DNA of 64,000 bases. It comes from Myxococcota bacterium (GTDB lineage Bacteria > Myxococcota_A > Polyangia > Polyangiales > Sandaracinaceae). Location: assembly GCA_036149055.1 (NCBI GenBank), contig JAYZQJ010000182.1, forward strand, positions 48,703-112,702, given 5' to 3'. Under the pieces are notes generated by a model. That model saw nothing but the letters and a program-made list of their open reading frames with translations. It made no database searches and was not told where the DNA came from. Below, piece after piece: positions 40,070 through 52,736 of this stretch (its first letter is position 1; every line of letters starts with the position of its first letter). A program made the translations under genes and the position numbers.

Positions 40070-42649
40070 CTAGGCGGGCTCGTCGTCGGGCTTGCGGCGC
40101 CGGAAGCGGCCGGGCGGCACCTTGGGCGCGGCCACCCGGAGGAGCGCCGGCTGCACGATCAGGGTCGAGAGCAAGCACATGCCGACCGTGACCCCGATCA
40201 GCTCGCCGAAGCGCTGCACCGGCACGAACGAGCTGGTCAGCATCACCCCGAAGCCGAGCATCAGGGTCACGCAGCTGACCACCACCGCGCGACCGGTGCC
40301 GCGGGCCGCGCGCACGAGCGCCGCGTTGCGGCCGATGCCGTTCGCGATCTCCTCCTTGTAGCGCGCGAGCAGGTGGATCGAGCCGTCCACCGCGAGCCCG
40401 AGGCTGATCGAGAAGACGATCACCGTGGCCGCGTTGAGCGGGATGTCGCGCATCGCCATCCAGGCCACCGTGCCCACGAGCGGGAGCACGTTGGGGGGGA
40501 TGCTCAGCATGCCGAGGCGCCAGCTGCCGAAGAGCACGACGAGCATGCCGAAGATGATCAGCACCGCGGTGCTCAGGCTGCCCAGCAGATCGCGCACCAC
40601 CGCGTTGAGGCCGACCGACCCGGTGTAGCCCTCGCCCGCCATCGAGACGTCGATCCCGAGCGGGCCGAAGCGCTCGTCGAGCCGGGCGCGCAGCGCGTCG
40701 ATGACCACGATGCTCCGGGCGGCGCCGATGTCGGCGAGCCGCACCTGGATCCGCGCGACCCGGCCGTCCTCGGTGATGAAGGCGTTGAGCGGATCCGGCT
40801 CGACCCCGGCGAAGAGGGTGCGCAGCGCGTCGACCTGCTCGGCCGAGGCGAAGCGCTCGGTGCGGGCTTCGTCGTCGCCCGCGATCTGGGCCCAGGTCTC
40901 GTGCAGGTAGTCGCTGATCGAGACGGTGCCGAGCACGCCGTCCTGCTCGCGCAGCCAGGCCTGGGTCTCGTCGATGGCGGCGATGACCTCGGGGTCGTCG
41001 AAGCGCGCGGGGTCCTCCGCCTCGAGCATGATCTCGAGCGGGCGCACCCCCTCGAGCTTCTCCTCGAGCAGCAGGGTGCTGACGACCGCCTCGTCCTCCT
41101 CGTCGAACTCGTCGAGCAGGGCGCTGTCGACGGTGACCTTGATCGCCATCCAGCTGAAGCCGCCCATCAGCAGCGCGGCGCCGACGATGAAGGGCCACGG
41201 GCGCCGCAGGATCTTGGCGGTCAGCACCACGATGGCGCGCTCGAGCAGCCCGCGATCGGCCCGCGGCGCGTCCTCCTTCGCGCGCTTGATGCGCAGGGTG
41301 ATGCGCTTGCGCTCCCGCGGCGGCAGCGGCGGGTCGAAGAGCGTCATCGCCGGCGGCAGGAAGCCGATGGTGACCACGTACGCGATGAGCACGCCGATGC
41401 CCGCGGTGACGCCGAAGCGCTGCAGCATCGCGGTCTGGCTGACCACCAGCGAGGCGAGGCCGACGGCGGTGGTGATCGACGTCAGGAAGCAGGCCACCGT
41501 CATCGCCTTCACGGTGTTGCGGGCCGCCTCCATCTTGCTCGACGCGTGATCGAGCTCCTCCCGGTAGCGCCCGATCAGGTGGATCGAGTCGCTGACGCCG
41601 ATGATGATCAACAGCGGCGGGATGATGTTGTTGATCACGTTCATCGTCTCGCCGGCGAGGGCCATGGCGCCGATGACCATGATCGCGCTCAGGCCGACCG
41701 CGACGACGGGCAGGAAGGTGCCCGGCACCCAGCGGAACGAGATGAAGAGCAGGACGAGGCACACCAGCAGCGTGAGCGGCACGATGCGCACGTTGTCGTC
41801 CGCCATCTTCACGACGATGGAGTTGAAGAGGTGGGGCAGGCCCCCGCGGTGCACGGTGACGCCGCTCGGCGGCGGGTTGGCCTCGAGCCACGCGTCGACG
41901 CTCTCGACCGTGTCCTGCATCACGCGGTGATCCTCGACCCGCTCGTCGAGGGCGAGGGCGACCACGGTGAGGGTGCGATCGCGGCTGATGAGGCGCCCCT
42001 CGAGGAGCGGCGCGGCGTCGATGGCGCGGATCAGCCGCTCGCGCTCGGCGTCGGTGACCTCGTCGCCCTCGACCGCCGCCCCGTACTGCACGTCGGCCAG
42101 GCGCCCCGCGATCGAGCCGAGGCCCATCGGGAAGCGCTCCGGCGACGACCGGACGAGCACCCCGAGCGCGTCCTCCACCTCGGGATCCACCGCCGGCTCG
42201 TCGTCGAGATCGTCGAGGCCCTCGAGATCCTCCTCCTCGAGGTCGTCGAGCGAGGGCGCGTCGTCGAGGTCGTCGAGGCCCGCCTCCTCCGCCGCCGCGG
42301 GCAGCGCGAAGGGGGTCACCGTGATCCCGTCGACCCGGTCGACGTAGTCCTCGCGCTGGAAGGCGCGGGCCAGGCGGTGCACGTAGGCGAGCGGCTCGGG
42401 CGCGAGCACGTCGTCGGCGGTGATGAGCATCACCACCACGTGATCGGGGTTGCCGAAGCGCCGGTTGAAGTTGGCGCTGATCTCGGCCTGATCCTCGACC
42501 CCGCTCGCGGTCAGCTGCTGCGGCGTCGGATCGGCCACGAGCTGCGGGATCCAGATCCCGAGCCCCAGCGTGATCGCGCCGATGATCCCGAGCATCAGGC
42601 CGCGTCGCCGTGTGAGCAGCCCGGCGAAGGCGTCGAGGAACCGGTTCAA
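40070..42649 (-). CDS. MMPL/RND family transporter
   Basis: two TM repeats, IGVSDSIH and GLAVDGSIH; TTG start. Confidence 0.9.
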   Translation of the reverse strand: MNRFLDAFAGLLTRRRGLMLGIIGAITLGLGIWIPQLVADPTPQQLTASGVEDQAEISANFNRRFGNPDHVVVMLITADDVLAPEPLAYVHRLARAFQREDYVDRVDGITVTPFALPAAAEEAGLDDLDDAPSLDDLEEEDLEGLDDLDDEPAVDPEVEDALGVLVRSSPERFPMGLGSIAGRLADVQYGAAVEGDEVTDAERERLIRAIDAAPLLEGRLISRDRTLTVVALALDERVEDHRVMQDTVESVDAWLEANPPPSGVTVHRGGLPHLFNSIVVKMADDNVRIVPLTLLVCLVLLFISFRWVPGTFLPVVAVGLSAIMVIGAMALAGETMNVINNIIPPLLIIIGVSDSIHLIGRYREELDHASSKMEAARNTVKAMTVACFLTSITTAVGLASLVVSQTAMLQRFGVTAGIGVLIAYVVTIGFLPPAMTLFDPPLPPRERKRITLRIKRAKEDAPRADRGLLERAIVVLTAKILRRPWPFIVGAALLMGGFSWMAIKVTVDSALLDEFDEEDEAVVSTLLLEEKLEGVRPLEIMLEAEDPARFDDPEVIAAIDETQAWLREQDGVLGTVSISDYLHETWAQIAGDDEARTERFASAEQVDALRTLFAGVEPDPLNAFITEDGRVARIQVRLADIGAARSIVVIDALRARLDERFGPLGIDVSMAGEGYTGSVGLNAVVRDLLGSLSTAVLIIFGMLVVLFGSWRLGMLSIPPNVLPLVGTVAWMAMRDIPLNAATVIVFSISLGLAVDGSIHLLARYKEEIANGIGRNAALVRAARGTGRAVVVSCVTLMLGFGVMLTSSFVPVQRFGELIGVTVGMCLLSTLIVQPALLRVAAPKVPPGRFRRRKPDDEPA

Positions 42650-42723
42650 CGCGGGCCTTCGGAGATGTGGGTGAAGCGAGACATGCGTTCAGCGCGCCGG
42701 AGCCACACGGGCCCCGCGGAGGC

Positions 42724-44031
42724 TCATCGTGCTTGTCGCACGCTCTCGGTGAGCACGTCCAACAGGTGAGTGAGATCGGCCTCCGCGATGTTGAGCGGCG
42801 GCGTGACGTAGACCGTATCCCCCAGTGGACGGAGGAACACCCCCCTCGCGCGCGCCTCCTCGAAGACCCGCCAGCCCGCCTCCCCGCGGTAGCCGCCCTC
42901 GCCGAGGTCCGCGGCGCCGACCAGCCCGAGGGTGCGGACCCGGTGCACGCCCGGCAGCGCGGCGATCTGCTCGAAGGCCGCCTCGACGATCGGGGCCTTC
43001 TGCCGCACCTGCCCGACGATGTCGTCCTCGCGGTAGATCGCCAGGACCTCCCGAGCGACCGCGGCCCCGAGCGGGTTGCCGCAGAAGGTGTGGCCGTGCA
43101 TCAGCGCGCGCTCGGCGCCGCCGCGGAAGCCGTCGTAGACGCGCCCGGTCGCCAGCGTGGCCGCCATCGGGAGCACGCCCGCGGTGAAGCCCTTGGCCGT
43201 GCACAGGAAGTCGGGCGTGATCCCGGCGAGCTCGCACGCCCACATCGCGCCGGTGCGCCCGTAGCCGGTGAAGACCTCGTCGGCGATCAGGAAGGTGTCG
43301 ACCTCGCGGGTGACCTCGCGGAGGCGCGCGAGCAGCGCCGGGTCGTACATGCGCATGCCGGCCGCGCCCTGGATCAGGGGCTCGACGATCACGCCGGCGA
43401 TCTCGTCCGGCCGAGCGCGGAGCTCTCGCTCCACGTGGGCGAAGGCCTTCTCCCAGCCGTCCGGGTCGGCCGCGTCGGGCGCCCGGATCACCTCGAAGAG
43501 CAGCGGGTGGAAGACGTGGTGGAACTCCTCGAGGGCGGCGAGGCTGGCCGCGCCGAGGGTGTCGCCGTGATACGCGCCGGCGAGCGAGATGAAGCGGGTC
43601 CGCGAGGGCCGGTCGTTCTGCTGCCAGTACTGGAACGCGGCCTTCACCGCGACCTCGACCGCGGTCGAGCCGTCGTCCGAGAAGTGGACCCGCTCGAGCC
43701 CCTCGGGGGCCACCTCGGCCAGCTCCTTGGCCAGGAGGGCGACCGACGGATGCGTGATGCCGCCGGCGGCCACGTGCATGAGGCGCTCGGCCTGCCGGGT
43801 CAGCGCGGTGCGGAGGCGCGGGTGGCCGTGCCCGAGGGTGCAGGTCCACCACGACGCGTTCCCCTCGAGGTAGCGGCGGCCGTCCGCGTCCATGATCCAC
43901 GGGCCCTCGGCGTGGGTGATCACGAGCGGCTCGTGCCCCTCGTGGCGCTCGCTCGAGGTGTAGGGCGGCCAGACGTGCCGGCGCTCGAGGGCGACCACGT
44001 CCGCGCGGCTCGTGTCGGGGGGCAGGCGCAT
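42724..44031 (-). CDS. bioA: adenosylmethionine-8-amino-7-oxononanoate transaminase
   Basis: HVWPPYT, SWW, DDGSTAVEVAVK, YHGDT, QGAAGM, ADEVFTGYGRTG, AKG, HGHTF, RPLG. Confidence 0.92.
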   Translation of the reverse strand: MRLPPDTSRADVVALERRHVWPPYTSSERHEGHEPLVITHAEGPWIMDADGRRYLEGNASWWTCTLGHGHPRLRTALTRQAERLMHVAAGGITHPSVALLAKELAEVAPEGLERVHFSDDGSTAVEVAVKAAFQYWQQNDRPSRTRFISLAGAYHGDTLGAASLAALEEFHHVFHPLLFEVIRAPDAADPDGWEKAFAHVERELRARPDEIAGVIVEPLIQGAAGMRMYDPALLARLREVTREVDTFLIADEVFTGYGRTGAMWACELAGITPDFLCTAKGFTAGVLPMAATLATGRVYDGFRGGAERALMHGHTFCGNPLGAAVAREVLAIYREDDIVGQVRQKAPIVEAAFEQIAALPGVHRVRTLGLVGAADLGEGGYRGEAGWRVFEEARARGVFLRPLGDTVYVTPPLNIAEADLTHLLDVLTESVRQAR

Positions 44032-44108
44032 CGGCGCGGACCCTGCGTCGGCCCGCCCCGCTCGGCAAGCTTGGAGCGCCAGGACGCGCGAGCTAGATTG
44101 GCCGGGCT

Positions 44109-44858
44109 TTGCGCTTCCTCTTCACTCTGCTCGCCGTCACGGCGCTCTCCGGCGTGGCCGCCGCCCAGGATCTCGAGCGCGCCCGCGTCGCCTTCGAGCA
44201 AGGCCGCGTCGCCTACGAGGCCGGCGACTTCGAGACCGCGCTGATCCGCTTCCAGGAGGCGCACCAGATCACGGGCGCTCCCGAGATCCTCTACAACGTG
44301 GCCACCGCCGCCGATCGGCTGCGGCGCGACGAGGTCGCCCTCGAGGCCTACCGGGGATACCTCGCGGCGCGCCCGGGCAGCGAGGACCGCGCGAGCGTCG
44401 AGGCCCGGATCCGGGTGCTCGAGCGACAGATCGCCGACGCGCAGCGCGAAGAGGAGGAGCGCGGCGCCGCCGAGCGAGCCGCCGCCGAGCGGGAGGCCGC
44501 GGCCGCCGCGGCGCTGGAGCGCGCCCAGGCGCAGACCAGCGATCCCGGCCCGGCGCCGTGGGTGATCGCCGGCGCGGGCGCGGCGCTGGCGGTGGCCGGC
44601 GCGGTGCTCGTGATCGTCGCCGAGGTCGACGCCGGCTGCGTGACCGCGCCGAACGGCTGCGCCGACGACGGCCCGCGCTGGGAGGACTTCGCCGAGCGCT
44701 ACGATCGCATCCCGGTCTTCCGGAGCATCGGCGCCGCGGCGCTCGGGGTCGGCGCGGCGGCGATGGCCGCGGGCGTGATCTGGTGGGTGGCCGCCAGCGG
44801 GAGCGGCCCCGAGGTCGCGCTCGGCCCGGGCGGCGTGCGGGTGCGAGGGAGCTTCTGA
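44109..44858 (+). CDS. secreted TPR protein with C-terminal hydrophobic segments
   Basis: AR..F..G..AYEAGDF..A...F..A......ILYN TPR pattern. Confidence 0.75.
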   Translation: MRFLFTLLAVTALSGVAAAQDLERARVAFEQGRVAYEAGDFETALIRFQEAHQITGAPEILYNVATAADRLRRDEVALEAYRGYLAARPGSEDRASVEARIRVLERQIADAQREEEERGAAERAAAEREAAAAAALERAQAQTSDPGPAPWVIAGAGAALAVAGAVLVIVAEVDAGCVTAPNGCADDGPRWEDFAERYDRIPVFRSIGAAALGVGAAAMAAGVIWWVAASGSGPEVALGPGGVRVRGSF

Positions 44859-46147
44859 TGCGTCGCGTGTGGCTGTCCCTTCTGCTCCTGGCGTGCGCGC
44901 CCGAGGTCCCCGAGGGCGTCTACGTCTGCGACGTCACGTCGGACTGCCCGCCCGGCATGACCTGCCAGGGCGGCCTCTGCTTCCGGGGCGAGGCCGACGC
45001 GGGCCCTTGCGTCCCCCAGACCTGCGAGGAGCTGCGCGCGAACTGCGGCGCGCTCGACGACGGCTGCGGCACCGAGATCCAGTGCGGCGAGTGCCCGGAG
45101 GGCCGCGAGTGCGGCGCCGAGGGCATCCCGAACGTGTGCGGCTGCCCCCCGCAGTCGTGCGACGCGCTCGGCGTCGAGTGCGGGGAGGCGGCCAACGGCT
45201 GCGGCGCGAGCATCGACTGCGGCGGCTGCGCGGCGGGCGTCTCCTGCGTGGAGGGGCGCTGCGAGTGTGACGGCGACACCCTCTGCCGGGAGCTCGGGTT
45301 CGACTGCGGGAGCGTGGAGACCCCCTGCGGCGACGTCGTACCGTGCGGCACCTGCGAGACGGCCGAGACCTGCGGGGCCGGAGGCCCGAACCGCTGCGGC
45401 GTCGGCACCTGCACCCCCGATCCGGACGCCTGCGAGGGCATGGAGTGCGGCATGGCGCCCGACGGCTGCGGGGACCTCGTCCCGTGCGGCACCTGCGCCG
45501 CGCCCCAGACCTGCGGCGGCGGCGGCGAGGCGGGGCGCTGCGGCTGCACGCCGACCACCTGCGCGGCGGCGGCGGCGGCCTGCGGGAGAGTCGTCGACGG
45601 CTGCGGCGCGAGCATCGACTGCGGCGAGTGCCCTCCCGCCCGCGACTGCACCACCGCGAACCAGTGCGTCTGCGCGATGGATCGCGGCGGGGACACGGCG
45701 GCCATGGCGTTCCCGCTGGGCAACCTGATGAACGGCTCGATGGCGACGTACCTCGACGAGGCCATCTACCCCCAGACCGACGAGGACTGGGTCCGCTGGG
45801 ACTTCTCGGGCACGGCCGGCGCGCTCCAGGCGCACACCCTGGACGTCCACCTCCGCCGCCTGCCGGGCAACTTCGAGCTCGCCGTGTTCATCGAGTGCAG
45901 CGTGAGCGCCGAGGTCGACTCCCCGACGTGCACGGGCGGCTCCACGCCGATCATGCACCCCACCCTGGGCCCGGGGTGCGTGAGCGACGTCGCCGGCACC
46001 GGCGACGAGCACGTCACGATCGAGCGCGCGTGCAACGCGTCGCGCTACTTCGCGGTGGTCCGCCGCTCGCGAGCCGTCGGCGGCTCGCCGATCCTGCCCT
46101 GCGACGCCTACGAGCTCGGCGTGAGCCTGTCGGTGATGACCAAGTAG
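44858..46147 (+). CDS. Cys-rich repeat lipoprotein with C-terminal PPC-like domain
   Basis: lipobox LLAC; five C......CG...DGCG....CG.C-type repeats; DEDW. Confidence 0.75.
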   Translation: MRRVWLSLLLLACAPEVPEGVYVCDVTSDCPPGMTCQGGLCFRGEADAGPCVPQTCEELRANCGALDDGCGTEIQCGECPEGRECGAEGIPNVCGCPPQSCDALGVECGEAANGCGASIDCGGCAAGVSCVEGRCECDGDTLCRELGFDCGSVETPCGDVVPCGTCETAETCGAGGPNRCGVGTCTPDPDACEGMECGMAPDGCGDLVPCGTCAAPQTCGGGGEAGRCGCTPTTCAAAAAACGRVVDGCGASIDCGECPPARDCTTANQCVCAMDRGGDTAAMAFPLGNLMNGSMATYLDEAIYPQTDEDWVRWDFSGTAGALQAHTLDVHLRRLPGNFELAVFIECSVSAEVDSPTCTGGSTPIMHPTLGPGCVSDVAGTGDEHVTIERACNASRYFAVVRRSRAVGGSPILPCDAYELGVSLSVMTK

Positions 46148-46154
46148 CTGCGGA

Positions 46155-46910
46155 TCAGCGGCGCGCGCCGCGGCCGAAGCGCAGGGTGTAGCTGTAGATC
46201 GCCTCGCCGCCGCTGGGGCCCCGGGAGACCCGGATGGCGCTGCCGGCGCTCCGGACGCAGCGCTCGAAGCGGGAGTCCTCGAAGCCGCTGCGCTCCACCG
46301 CCACCCGCGAGGCGCGCCCGGCGCCCCGCACCGTGAACACCAGGTTCAGCTGCTGCGCCTGGAGGCTGCCGCGCTCGAGGTACTGGTCGTAGCAGCGCTC
46401 GAGACGAGCGGTGACGCCGCGGACGGCGGCGCGGATCACGGACGCGTCGAGCTGGCCCTGGCCGTCGACCTGCTCGGCGCGCAGGACCCGGATGTTCGAG
46501 GTCAGCGCGGCGTCCTCCTCCACCGTGCGCACGGTGCCGCCCTGCTGGGCCACGCTCTCGGCGGCGGGATCGGGGGGCGGCGCGCGCTCGACCACGCGGG
46601 TGCCGGGCGAGGGGATCTCGGCCGCGCGCACGCAGTCCCGGGTGGCCCGCTGCGCCGCCGCGGCGCGCGCGATCAGCGCCTCGATCGCCGCCTCCGCGTC
46701 CTGCCGCACGCGCCCGGTGGACCGATCGCGCTGCGCCTCGGACTCCCGGATCAGCCGCTCCACGCGGGCCATCTCGGTCTGCTGTCGCTCGAGACAGTCG
46801 GCGAACGAGCGCACGGAGGAGAGCGCGCGGGTGCGCTCGGAGTCGGTCAGCTCCTGCGCCGACGCGGCGGCGGGCACGAGGAGGGCGAGCAGGACGAGGG
46901 TGATGCGCAT
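46155..46910 (-). CDS. secreted protein with AgmX/PglI C-terminal domain
   Basis: G.LD..VIR........LERCY...L......F.V...G.......ERCV. Confidence 0.7.
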   Translation of the reverse strand: MRITLVLLALLVPAAASAQELTDSERTRALSSVRSFADCLERQQTEMARVERLIRESEAQRDRSTGRVRQDAEAAIEALIARAAAAQRATRDCVRAAEIPSPGTRVVERAPPPDPAAESVAQQGGTVRTVEEDAALTSNIRVLRAEQVDGQGQLDASVIRAAVRGVTARLERCYDQYLERGSLQAQQLNLVFTVRGAGRASRVAVERSGFEDSRFERCVRSAGSAIRVSRGPSGGEAIYSYTLRFGRGARR

Positions 46911-47048
46911 GGGCGAAGTCTATCCGGCGAGGGGGCTCGGAGGGTGGGGGTCTGGCCCACAGCGTCGGACGCCCCGCGGCCGCGGGATGTTCACCGGCGG
47001 CGGTTTTTGGTACGGCTCGGATCTCGACGAACCCGAAGGAGCGACCCG

Positions 47049-48986
<1,938 letters not shown>

Positions 48987-49037
48987 TCGCGAAGCTTTCT
49001 CGCGCCCCGGACATGGAGGGGGACCAGGAGGTTTCGA

Positions 49038-51005
49038 ATGGTCCCCCAACGTGTCCTCGCTCCGCTCTTCGCGCTGACGCTCGCGCTCGTCGCGACCCCG
49101 GCGCGCGCCCAGTACGATCGCACCTTCGAGGCGGGCAGCCTCATCGTGCCGATGGACGTGTCCTACCAGGACCACGGCATGCTCCAGGCCTACGGCCTCG
49201 TCTACCAGCTGCTCGCCCACGACATCACGGTCTACTGGGTGATCGACGACGAGAAGGTCTGGCACCACGCGCCCTGCGACACCCCCGGCGACGAGTGCGC
49301 CTGGGACTGCTTCGAGGAGGGCTCGGGCGTGAAGTGCCCCTACCCGACCGGCTCTCCCGACTTCTACGTCGGCGCCACGGTCGTCTGGGACGACTCCGGC
49401 GCGATGAGCCCGGGGGAGACCATCGCCCGGCACGGCTACCGCGGCGGGCCCTTCGTGATCGCGGCCGCCGACGCCGCGCGCGCCCGCCCCGTGATCGACG
49501 CCTGGAACGACCCGGCGATGTGGGAGTCGGCGCCCTGGGCGCGGCGGAGCGAGGTGGAGGTCGTCACGGTGCACGAGGCGACCGAGGCCTTCGAGGGCTT
49601 CGTCCGGCGCGAGATGATCGAGGCGCCGACCATCGCGGTCTTCTCGGACGGGAACGAGGGCATCGCGACCGGCTACCTGCGCGCCGCCGGGATCCCGCAG
49701 TCGAACGGGCGCGAGTTCCCGGGCGGCAATTGCCGTGACGGCGAGTGCGGCCCCGGCACCGACAACCCGGACATGCTCACCGTGCAGTCGATCATGGGGG
49801 ACATGGGCACCTGCGAGCGCCCGAACCTCGACCACCGCAACGGCGCGCTGTTCCGCGAGGATGGCCAGCCCGCGTTCTGCCAGATCATGAGCATGCACTG
49901 GGGCGTCAACGACCGGGAGCGCGTCGAATGCGACGGCGGCGGCTGCCCCGACACCCAGGCCGAGTGCGCGGGAGAGACCTTCACCTTCCACGGCCACGAG
50001 GTCGTCGCCGAGGTGCGCGAGTTCCTCTCGTTCCCGACCCACTTCTTCGCCGAGTGCCAGGCGGTGAACGCCTACGAGAACACCGTGCCCAACCCCGAGT
50101 GGCCCTACCTCGACGACGAGGGACGCCTCGGGCACTTCCTGACCACCACCGGCACGCCGCCGGACTGCCCCTGCGACAGCGACGAGACCGGCTACGAGTG
50201 CGTGGCCGGCGGCTGCGACGGGCGAGACTGCTGCCTGCCGAGCTCGGACAAGGAGCGCGGCGCCGGCTTCCTGATCGCCGATCGTCCGAACGGGGACGGC
50301 CTGCAGATCCTCAACCCGCAGGTCGCCTACAACCAGCTCGACGGCGCCTTCGCGACGGTGGGCGGCAGCGAGCCCGCCTACAACCTGAGCCGCTACCTCG
50401 ACACCCGCTTCAAGAACGACCTGAGCGTCACCTTCATCACCGGCCCCGAGGGCCCGGGCGACCAGGACGTGTGGATGACGGGCTTCCTCGACGGCGACTG
50501 CGACATCATCGGCTATGACGAGTTCGCCGAGCCGGGAGAGTGCGCGCTCGGCAAGATCAGCTACCTCGGCGGTCACAGCTACTCGACCGACACCCCGGTC
50601 AGCGGCAGCTGGAGCGCGCAGGGGACGCGGCTCTTCCTCAACTCGCTCTTCGAGGCCGACTGCGTCACCGGAGGGCTGAGCGGGCCTCGCGATCGCGACG
50701 GCGACGGCGCGGCCGACGGCGTCGACGCCTTCCCGGACGACCCGACCCGCTGCGGCGACATGGACGGCGACGGCTGCGACGACTGCGCGAGCGGGCGCTT
50801 CGATCCCTCGCGGGACTGCCCCGCACCCGACACCGACGCGGGCGGGCTCGACGCCGGCGTCACCCCGATCGACGCGGGCGCCGGCGCGCCGGTGGACGAG
50901 GGCGGCTGCGGATGCCGGGCCGCGGGCTCGCGCGGCGCCCCGAGGGGCTGGGCGCTCCTGGGTCTCCTCGGGCTGGCGCTCCTGGCGCGGCGGCGCGCGG
51001 CCTGA
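49038..51005 (+). CDS. secreted protein with TSP3-like Ca-binding repeats and MYXO-CTERM anchor
   Basis: signal ARA-Q; DRDGDG..DGVDAFPDDP; GGCGCR...WALLGLLGLALLARRR. Confidence 0.8.
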   Translation: MVPQRVLAPLFALTLALVATPARAQYDRTFEAGSLIVPMDVSYQDHGMLQAYGLVYQLLAHDITVYWVIDDEKVWHHAPCDTPGDECAWDCFEEGSGVKCPYPTGSPDFYVGATVVWDDSGAMSPGETIARHGYRGGPFVIAAADAARARPVIDAWNDPAMWESAPWARRSEVEVVTVHEATEAFEGFVRREMIEAPTIAVFSDGNEGIATGYLRAAGIPQSNGREFPGGNCRDGECGPGTDNPDMLTVQSIMGDMGTCERPNLDHRNGALFREDGQPAFCQIMSMHWGVNDRERVECDGGGCPDTQAECAGETFTFHGHEVVAEVREFLSFPTHFFAECQAVNAYENTVPNPEWPYLDDEGRLGHFLTTTGTPPDCPCDSDETGYECVAGGCDGRDCCLPSSDKERGAGFLIADRPNGDGLQILNPQVAYNQLDGAFATVGGSEPAYNLSRYLDTRFKNDLSVTFITGPEGPGDQDVWMTGFLDGDCDIIGYDEFAEPGECALGKISYLGGHSYSTDTPVSGSWSAQGTRLFLNSLFEADCVTGGLSGPRDRDGDGAADGVDAFPDDPTRCGDMDGDGCDDCASGRFDPSRDCPAPDTDAGGLDAGVTPIDAGAGAPVDEGGCGCRAAGSRGAPRGWALLGLLGLALLARRRAA

Positions 51006-51025
51006 TCCGGGCAGCGCCACGAGCA

Positions 51026-51057
51026 ACGCGGCGGTCGCCCGAGGGTGACCGCCGCGT
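51026..51057. terminator. hairpin between convergent genes
   Basis: ACGCGGCGGTCGCCC-GA-GGGTGACCGCCGCGT. Confidence 0.65.
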
Positions 51058-51084
51058 CTTCGTTTCAGCTCATCCGAGGCAGCC

Positions 51085-51702
51085 TCAGCGGATGCGCACC
51101 TCGACGCCGCCGCGCCCCCGATGCTTGCGGCGATGCCGACCGAAGCCCCAGCCGCGGCCGCGCCGGCGGTGCTTGTGCTTCACCTTGCCGCGAGGACCGC
51201 GGACCTCGACCACCGGGCGCTCGACCCGGACCTCGGTGCGCGGCGCGTGGACCCTGACGTCGACCGCCGGCGCGACGACGATGACGTCGGCGTGACCCCG
51301 CAGCGGCTCTCCGTCGAGCACCACCACCACGTCGACCGGCCCGGGCACGATCTCGACCCGGCGCACCCGACCCTCCCAGCGCCCGGCGCGCTCGTTCCAG
51401 ATCAGGCGCACCGGCCGGCCGCTCCGACGCCCCCGGACCGGCACCTCCACCGTGAGCGAGAGGCGCTCGGGCGCCGGCGCCTCCTCGGCGCGCACGTACG
51501 CGTAGACCTCGCCGGACTCGTGGGTGACCACCTCCACCGGGACGTCCTCGGCCATCACGACGGTCCCCTCGTGCGCGGGCGGCGGCGCCTCGATCGAGAC
51601 CTCCGTGGGCTCGGACTCCACGGTGACCGTGGCCTCCGCCTCCTCCTCACCGCACCCCGTCGAGACGAGGATCGCGGCGACCATCACGCAACGAATCTTC
51701 AT
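51085..51702 (-). CDS. lipoprotein with basic His/Arg-rich tail
   Basis: lipobox STGC; HEG.V...VEVV motif; GAGG SD. Confidence 0.65.
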   Translation of the reverse strand: MKIRCVMVAAILVSTGCGEEEAEATVTVESEPTEVSIEAPPPAHEGTVVMAEDVPVEVVTHESGEVYAYVRAEEAPAPERLSLTVEVPVRGRRSGRPVRLIWNERAGRWEGRVRRVEIVPGPVDVVVVLDGEPLRGHADVIVVAPAVDVRVHAPRTEVRVERPVVEVRGPRGKVKHKHRRRGRGWGFGRHRRKHRGRGGVEVRIR

Positions 51703-51710
51703 GTCACACC

Positions 51711-52736
51711 TCAAACCTGCTTGGCCCTGACCGACCAGATGAACGCGTCGTACCAGAAGTGCATCAGCGACACGACGAGGGTCAGGGCCCAGAGCCCCAC
51801 CCACCCCGTGCTCAGCGTCTCGACGAAGAGGCCGTAGCCGATGACCGCGGCCGCGAACCCGACGAAGAGCAGCGCGGTGGCCCCGCGCCGCCCCTCGAGC
51901 CGCAGCCTCCTCTTCCACCCGCCGTGCTCGCTCGCCCAGATGAGGGCGAGGTACTGCACCGCGTGGAAGAGGTTCATGATGAAGAAGGCCTCGCCCCAGC
52001 TGTTGAAGCCCCACGTGTAGAGGGAGCAGAGGCCGGTCGAGGCGTAGAGCCAGACCTTGAGCCACGAGGGCCGGAGGCCGCGGCGCCAGAGGCGCACGTA
52101 GTGGAGGACGTAGGCGGCGATGAAGACGGTGCCGCCGAGCACCACGCTCCAGGTGAGCCAGCGCTGCCGCAGGTGCACGTCGACCGGGACGACCACCAGG
52201 AAGTTCGACAGCGCGTCCTCGAACGTCTCGAAGTCCTCGAGCACGATCAGGTGCTCCATCAGCGTCACGCCCGCCAGGATGGGCCCCGCGTAGAGGAGCT
52301 GGTTGAGCCAGAAGTCGAGCCGGCGCGCCTCGTGGACCGGGAAGCCCGCGTTGCGATCATAGATCCGCCCGAAGCCGAAGGTCTGCGCGCCCGAGTGCCA
52401 GACGTCCCAGAAGGTCGCCACCACCGTCGCCAGGATCGCGAGCCAGGGCGAGACCACGATCGCGGTCCAGACGAGCGGCGGCACCAGCAGGAAGCGCAGC
52501 GGGAAGCGGCGCAGGATCGTCGGGTTGCCGTGGCTCCGGAAGAACACGGCGACGAGGTGCGCGTGGATGACGACCCCGATCACGAAGCCCGCGCCGGTCG
52601 TGGGCTCGTCCGCCACCACGATCTCGCGCAGCGCGAAGTCGGTGCCGCTGATCGCCACCCCGAGCCCGAGCGCGAGCACCGGCGGCAGGAGGAAGAGCGC
52701 CCAGTCGTAGACCGGCGAGACGATGTAGCGCCTCAC
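51711..52736 (-). CDS. polytopic membrane protein with several His motifs
   Basis: HAH, WHSGAQ, HAVQY, HFWYD at TM ends; GTGA overlap. Confidence 0.7.
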   Translation of the reverse strand: MRRYIVSPVYDWALFLLPPVLALGLGVAISGTDFALREIVVADEPTTGAGFVIGVVIHAHLVAVFFRSHGNPTILRRFPLRFLLVPPLVWTAIVVSPWLAILATVVATFWDVWHSGAQTFGFGRIYDRNAGFPVHEARRLDFWLNQLLYAGPILAGVTLMEHLIVLEDFETFEDALSNFLVVVPVDVHLRQRWLTWSVVLGGTVFIAAYVLHYVRLWRRGLRPSWLKVWLYASTGLCSLYTWGFNSWGEAFFIMNLFHAVQYLALIWASEHGGWKRRLRLEGRRGATALLFVGFAAAVIGYGLFVETLSTGWVGLWALTLVVSLMHFWYDAFIWSVRAKQV

